DNA from: Nitrospirota bacterium
GTDB taxonomy: Bacteria; Nitrospirota; UBA9217
DNA: 64,000 bases
Assembly (NCBI GenBank): GCA_963740085.1
Contig: CAVUCU010000005.1
Location: forward strand, 453,731-517,730
Direction of reading: 5' to 3'
Below the pieces are notes generated by a model. It was not told the DNA's origin. It did not search any database and saw only the letters and a list, made by a program, of their open reading frames with translations. This document shows positions 60,395 to 64,000 of the stretch, piece after piece. The stretch's first letter is position 1, and each line of letters begins with the position of its first letter. Both the position numbers and the translations under genes were made by a program.

Positions 60395-60853
60395 ATGACT
60401 ACCGGTACTGTGAAGCTTCATCGCGTGCTGCGCGCCACGCCTGAGCGGGTATACCGCGCGTTCCTCGATGCAGATGCTATGGCCAAATGGCTGCCGCCCG
60501 ACGGATTCACGGGAAAGGTCCACCATCTCGACCCGAAAAAGGGCGGGTCCTATCGGATGTCGTTTACCAACTTCACGACGGGCAAGAGCCATTCGTTTCA
60601 CGGTGAGTATATCGAACTGGTCCCGAACGAGCGGTTGGTATATACGGACCGGTTCGACGATCCCGGCCTGGCAGGCGAGATGCGGACGACGGTGCAACTC
60701 AGGAAGGTCTCGGTCGGAACCGAGGTGGACATCGTGCAGGAGGGCATTCCTTCCGCCATCCCGGTCGATGCCTGCTATCTCGGGTGGGAGGACTCGCTCA
60801 CACTCCTCACCAGGCTCGTTGAGCCCGAGATCCCTGAGGACATTGCCGCGTAA
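60395..60853 (+). CDS. SRPBCC/AHSA1 family protein
   Basis: LHRVLRATPERVYRAF..KWLPPDGF..ELVPNERLVYTDRFDDP..CYLGW; AGGAGGT RBS. Confidence 0.92.
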   Translation: MTTGTVKLHRVLRATPERVYRAFLDADAMAKWLPPDGFTGKVHHLDPKKGGSYRMSFTNFTTGKSHSFHGEYIELVPNERLVYTDRFDDPGLAGEMRTTVQLRKVSVGTEVDIVQEGIPSAIPVDACYLGWEDSLTLLTRLVEPEIPEDIAA

Positions 60854-60904
60854 GGGTGCGGGAGGGATTGGTGTCGCGCTCGTGGCATTGCAAGCGATTA
60901 GTAT

Positions 60905-60938
60905 GGCCGGACAGCGTATGCCTTCCGGCCTTTTTTTT
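60905..60938 (+). terminator. Intrinsic terminator
   Basis: GGCCGGA-N12-TCCGGCC followed by eight T. Confidence 0.75.
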
Positions 60939-61132
60939 GGGACATGTTTCTATTAATGCTTTCTTTCCTCCGAACCACAGATAGGAAATCCTCGCCTGAT
61001 GACCATACGACGAATGTAGTAAAGTACAATTCTTAGCGCTGCACTCACTTGACTAATATAGTAACAGTGATAAACTTAAAACAGGATAACAATTACCCTT
61101 TATATGGACGTTGGGAAGAAAGGAGCGAAGAT

Positions 61133-61447
61133 ATGGCATACGCGGTAATACATAAATTCAAAGGCGGTACGAAGGAGCAGTACGAGGCATCAATAGGGGC
61201 CGTGCATCCAAAAGGCGGCTTGCCGAAAGGCCAGATTTATCATACTGCCGGCCCGTCGGGTGATGGCTACTGGACGATCGTGGCGGTCCACGAAACGAAA
61301 GAGAGCTGGGAGCAGTTCCGCGACACTACCCTGATGCCTAAGATGAAAGAGGGCATCAAAGGCGGTTTCACCTCGCCGCCGGAGGAGACGACGTTTGAGG
61401 TCTATACTATGCAGTCGTTACCCCTTGCGAGGTCGAAGGCAGCATAA
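61133..61447 (+). CDS. Hypothetical protein (possible dimeric alpha-beta barrel)
   Basis: AAGGAG RBS; MAYAVIHKFKGGTKEQYEAS..WTIVAVHETKESWEQFRD. Confidence 0.75.
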   Translation: MAYAVIHKFKGGTKEQYEASIGAVHPKGGLPKGQIYHTAGPSGDGYWTIVAVHETKESWEQFRDTTLMPKMKEGIKGGFTSPPEETTFEVYTMQSLPLARSKAA

Positions 61448-61480
61448 GGTTTCGGCAAGAGTATATTTCGACAACACGTT

Positions 61481-61512
61481 AAAAAAGGCCCGGGAAGATC
61501 CTGGGCCTTTCT
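61481..61512. terminator. Bidirectional terminator-like hairpin
   Basis: AAAAAAGGCCCGGGA-AGA-TCCTGGGCCTTT. Confidence 0.7.
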
Positions 61513-61528
61513 GTCTCAAGACTCACGG

Positions 61529-61873
61529 GGCGCCCCGACCTATTGGGGCAGCATGCCCGGGCAGTTGAAGATCCTGTTCGAACGGAATGTTCCTGTCCTT
61601 GAGTACTACGAACTCTATACATGGCGCTTTCCCAAACCGAGGCATAAGGGCAAGCCGGCAGCGATCGTCGCCACCTCCCTTTCGCCGTTTCCCTTCAATC
61701 TGCTACCCTCGCAAGGCGCCGGGACGCTTCGCAGCGTCAAGATCCCGCTGAACGCTGCCGGTTTCGACATCAGGGCACAGATCAACGTCCCGATGACCCG
61801 GGACCCCGCACACATCGGTGAACGCTGGCTGGCAAAGGTCAGAAAACTGGGGAGATCGATGGGAGCCTGGTAG
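61529..61873 (+). pseudogene. 3' remnant of a flavodoxin/NADPH-FMN reductase family gene
   Basis: Begins abruptly at GAPTYWGSMPGQLKILFER, then HKGKPAAIVATS; N-terminal half absent. Confidence 0.6.
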
Positions 61874-61993
61874 CTGCGGATCGTTTACAGAAGCCCGGAA
61901 ACAACTCAGGGTCAGGTCTCCTTTGTTGCATGTCGACATTTTACCGCTCTGTTGTCATTACCAGGCATCTGATCAGATATATCAACCTTTGTT

Positions 61994-62053
61994 AAATACC
62001 CCGCAATACTAAGCTCGCCCCGCCGCTTGCATTTGGCCTTCCTTTTGGTTAGG
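61994..62053 (-). repeat. Dispersed repeat copy B (inverted partner of 53730-53787)
   Basis: Minus strand CCTAACCAAAAGGAAGGCCAAATGCAAGCGGCGGGGCGAGCTTAGTATTG. Confidence 0.85.
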
Positions 62054-62173
62054 ACAACTTTGGAGACATTGATGCCTGGCGAGAAAAAATTGTATGGAAC
62101 AATAACCCAAAATGACCATTGTAAAAACCAGCCGCGAGACGATCTCTTTGCTTCAACCGCGAAATAGAACGTA

Positions 62174-63226
62174 CTATTCGGATCGATCCTTGAACTCTCC
62201 GGGAACGACGAATTGGACAACCCGTTCCGTACCACGTATGATCGCGATCGGGAAGCTGACGCCGACCTTTTCCTGAGTCAGCAGCTTGTGCAGGTCGTCG
62301 ATGCCGGAAACAGGCGAACCGCCAAAGCCTACGATGATGTCGCCGATCTTCAGGCTTGCCCGGACAGCCGGACTATCGGGCTGGATCGATGCGATCATGA
62401 CGCCGCTTTCCACCGGCAGGCCATAGAAGCGTACGATCCTCCGGTGGATCTGGACATTCTGCCCGCCTACGCCGATCGAACTTCTCCGAACCTTCCCATC
62501 CTTGATAAGGCTTGCTACAACGAACTTGGCAGTATTGATGCCGATGGCAAAGCATAGCCCTTGCGCAGGCATGATCGTCGCGGTGTTCACGCCGATAACT
62601 TCACCACGGGACGTAACGAGAGGGCCTCCCGAATTACCGGGGTTGAGCGCCGCGTCGGTCTGGATCACACTATCGATGAGCCTGCCGGATGAGGACCGAA
62701 GGGTGCGACCAAGAGCGCTCAGCACGCCGGCGGTCACGGTGCACTGAAAACCAAAGGGATTTCCTACCGCAATTGCCAGTTGACCCACCCTGATCCGCTG
62801 CGAATCGCCGAGGAGCGCGGGCTGCAAATTCGGCCCATTGATGCGTATTACCGCCAGATCGGTGTCCGGATCGTCTCCTACGAGCTGGGCCTGAAACCGG
62901 CGTCCATCCGAAATTCCCACCATGATGTTTTCCGCATTATGGACCACATGGCTGTTGGTAAGAATGAATCCATCGGGCGTGAACACGAACCCCGATCCGC
63001 CTCCGTGAGTCTTGGGAGACATGCCCGGAGTCGAAGACCTTGCCTTGTGAGCATACTGGACTTCTATATTGACAACGGACGGGTTTACTTTTTCGGATGC
63101 CGAGACGACTGCCTGCGAATACGCATCGAGCAGTGCTTCATCGCAATCCGTGGCCATATTTGCAGTCTGCCGGTCTAAGGGTTGCGCAGCATCGGTTGAA
63201 ATCATTTCAAGCGAGGTTACCATCAT
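62174..63226 (-). CDS. HtrA/DegQ-family serine protease with one PDZ domain
   Basis: GSGFVF, LTNSHVV, TDLAVI, IQTDAALNPGNSGGPL; no obvious signal peptide. Confidence 0.93.
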   Translation of the reverse strand: MMVTSLEMISTDAAQPLDRQTANMATDCDEALLDAYSQAVVSASEKVNPSVVNIEVQYAHKARSSTPGMSPKTHGGGSGFVFTPDGFILTNSHVVHNAENIMVGISDGRRFQAQLVGDDPDTDLAVIRINGPNLQPALLGDSQRIRVGQLAIAVGNPFGFQCTVTAGVLSALGRTLRSSSGRLIDSVIQTDAALNPGNSGGPLVTSRGEVIGVNTATIMPAQGLCFAIGINTAKFVVASLIKDGKVRRSSIGVGGQNVQIHRRIVRFYGLPVESGVMIASIQPDSPAVRASLKIGDIIVGFGGSPVSGIDDLHKLLTQEKVGVSFPIAIIRGTERVVQFVVPGEFKDRSE

Positions 63227-63655
63227 GTGCCATCTCCTTATTCCATACTATTCATACTACCACTCCTGTCAATAGGCGAAATCAGACGACCAGGCACACG
63301 GTAAGGTAAGGTTTTTAAACGTGATATAAGGATATTATCAAAGCCGGAGAATGCGCTCACCGGCCTTTGATTTTCAGCATCGGCTTTTGGCAGGGCGGGG
63401 GAGTGTAATATTCACTTTAACAACACGTCATTCGATGACAGTTATAACAACACAGGCGGCGACCCTGATCGCTCCTACAGGAATATCGCCACGTATTGGG
63501 CGGACGCGTCGGCATGTCACGGCATGCCGGATTCTCCTCGTCCTGCGGCCGTGATACAGCGTTTACGAGTGAACCAAGGACTTCAGAGTTTGCCTCTTTG
63601 CGGCTGATCGATCTTGAACAGTTCTCGATGTCGTGACAGGTTACGCAACGCTCGA

Positions 63656-64000
63656 TTATTTGGCCGAGCTGCGTATCATCTTCATCGTCTCACGCAAGAA
63701 CGCAGGAAGATCCGCAGGCTGGCGCGAAGTCACGAGATTGCCGTCCACGACAACCTCTTTGTCCTCATAGATCGCACCGGCCGCCTTCAGTTCGTCCGCA
63801 ACGCTCCGGTAACAGGTGGCGTGCCTGCCTTTCAGCAGCCCGGCGGTGATCAACGTCTGCGGCCCGTGGCAGATGGCTGCGACCGGCTTTCCTTTTGCAA
63901 AGAAGTCCCGGGCGATCTCCACTGCTTCAGGATCCTTGCGCACCGCTTCGGGTGCTTGCCGCCGGGAAGCACCAGGATGCCGTAGTCATCCGGTCTGACT
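63656..64000 (-). CDS. PfpI/DJ-1 family protein, 5' end outside the window, frameshift near 63955
   Basis: LPGG(K)/APEAVR, AAICHGPQ, VVVDGNLVTSRQPADL. Confidence 0.9.

Noticed and set aside
53590-62060. Integron or CRISPR array
   Set aside because: No integrase, no complete attC with both arms, and no regularly spaced identical repeats.

Overview
Bacterial genomic window of roughly 55-60% GC with two clearly AT-rich islands (about 20.3-24.3 kb and 55.7-60.0 kb). Gene content (multiheme cytochromes, Geobacter-like chemosensory genes, romR-valS, 2-oxoacid:ferredoxin oxidoreductase, sigma-54 regulator) suggests an anaerobic Nitrospirota/Desulfobacterota-type organism; this is inference only. 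In order: two multiheme c-type cytochrome lipoproteins; a cheW/AAA-ATPase/cheA/cheY/DUF4388-like cluster; yajQ, lolA, recQ, rlmA-like, hup, ftsK, uppP; an accessory cluster (PhcB-like SAM methyltransferase, FabG, inactive ketosynthase, FabZ, active ketosynthase, ACP, FAD oxidoreductase, membrane hybrid histidine kinase); signalling genes (kinase, FleQ-like/FleN-like pair, GGDEF-EAL); galT, coaX, birA, nadC, valS, a romR-like regulator, oxidoreductase subunits and icd. The last 17 kb are a mosaic of small genes, gene remnants and dispersed repeats. Top observations: (1) an ArsM-like methyltransferase at 48049-48873 with two in-frame UGA codons, each followed 11 nt later by a SECIS-like hairpin; (2) a candidate lipid-signal synthesis and sensing locus at 17-26 kb; (3) a B12-radical SAM plus deviant uracil-DNA glycosylase pair behind a consensus promoter and a ~245-nt structured leader, inside nested inverted repeats; (4) intergenic hairpins built from locus-specific heptamer repeats, with a related tract inside valS at a frameshift. 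Many single-base frameshifts, including in housekeeping genes, point to uncorrected assembly indels, so pseudogene calls are tentative. No rRNA, tRNA, CRISPR array, integrase or transposase was recognised.
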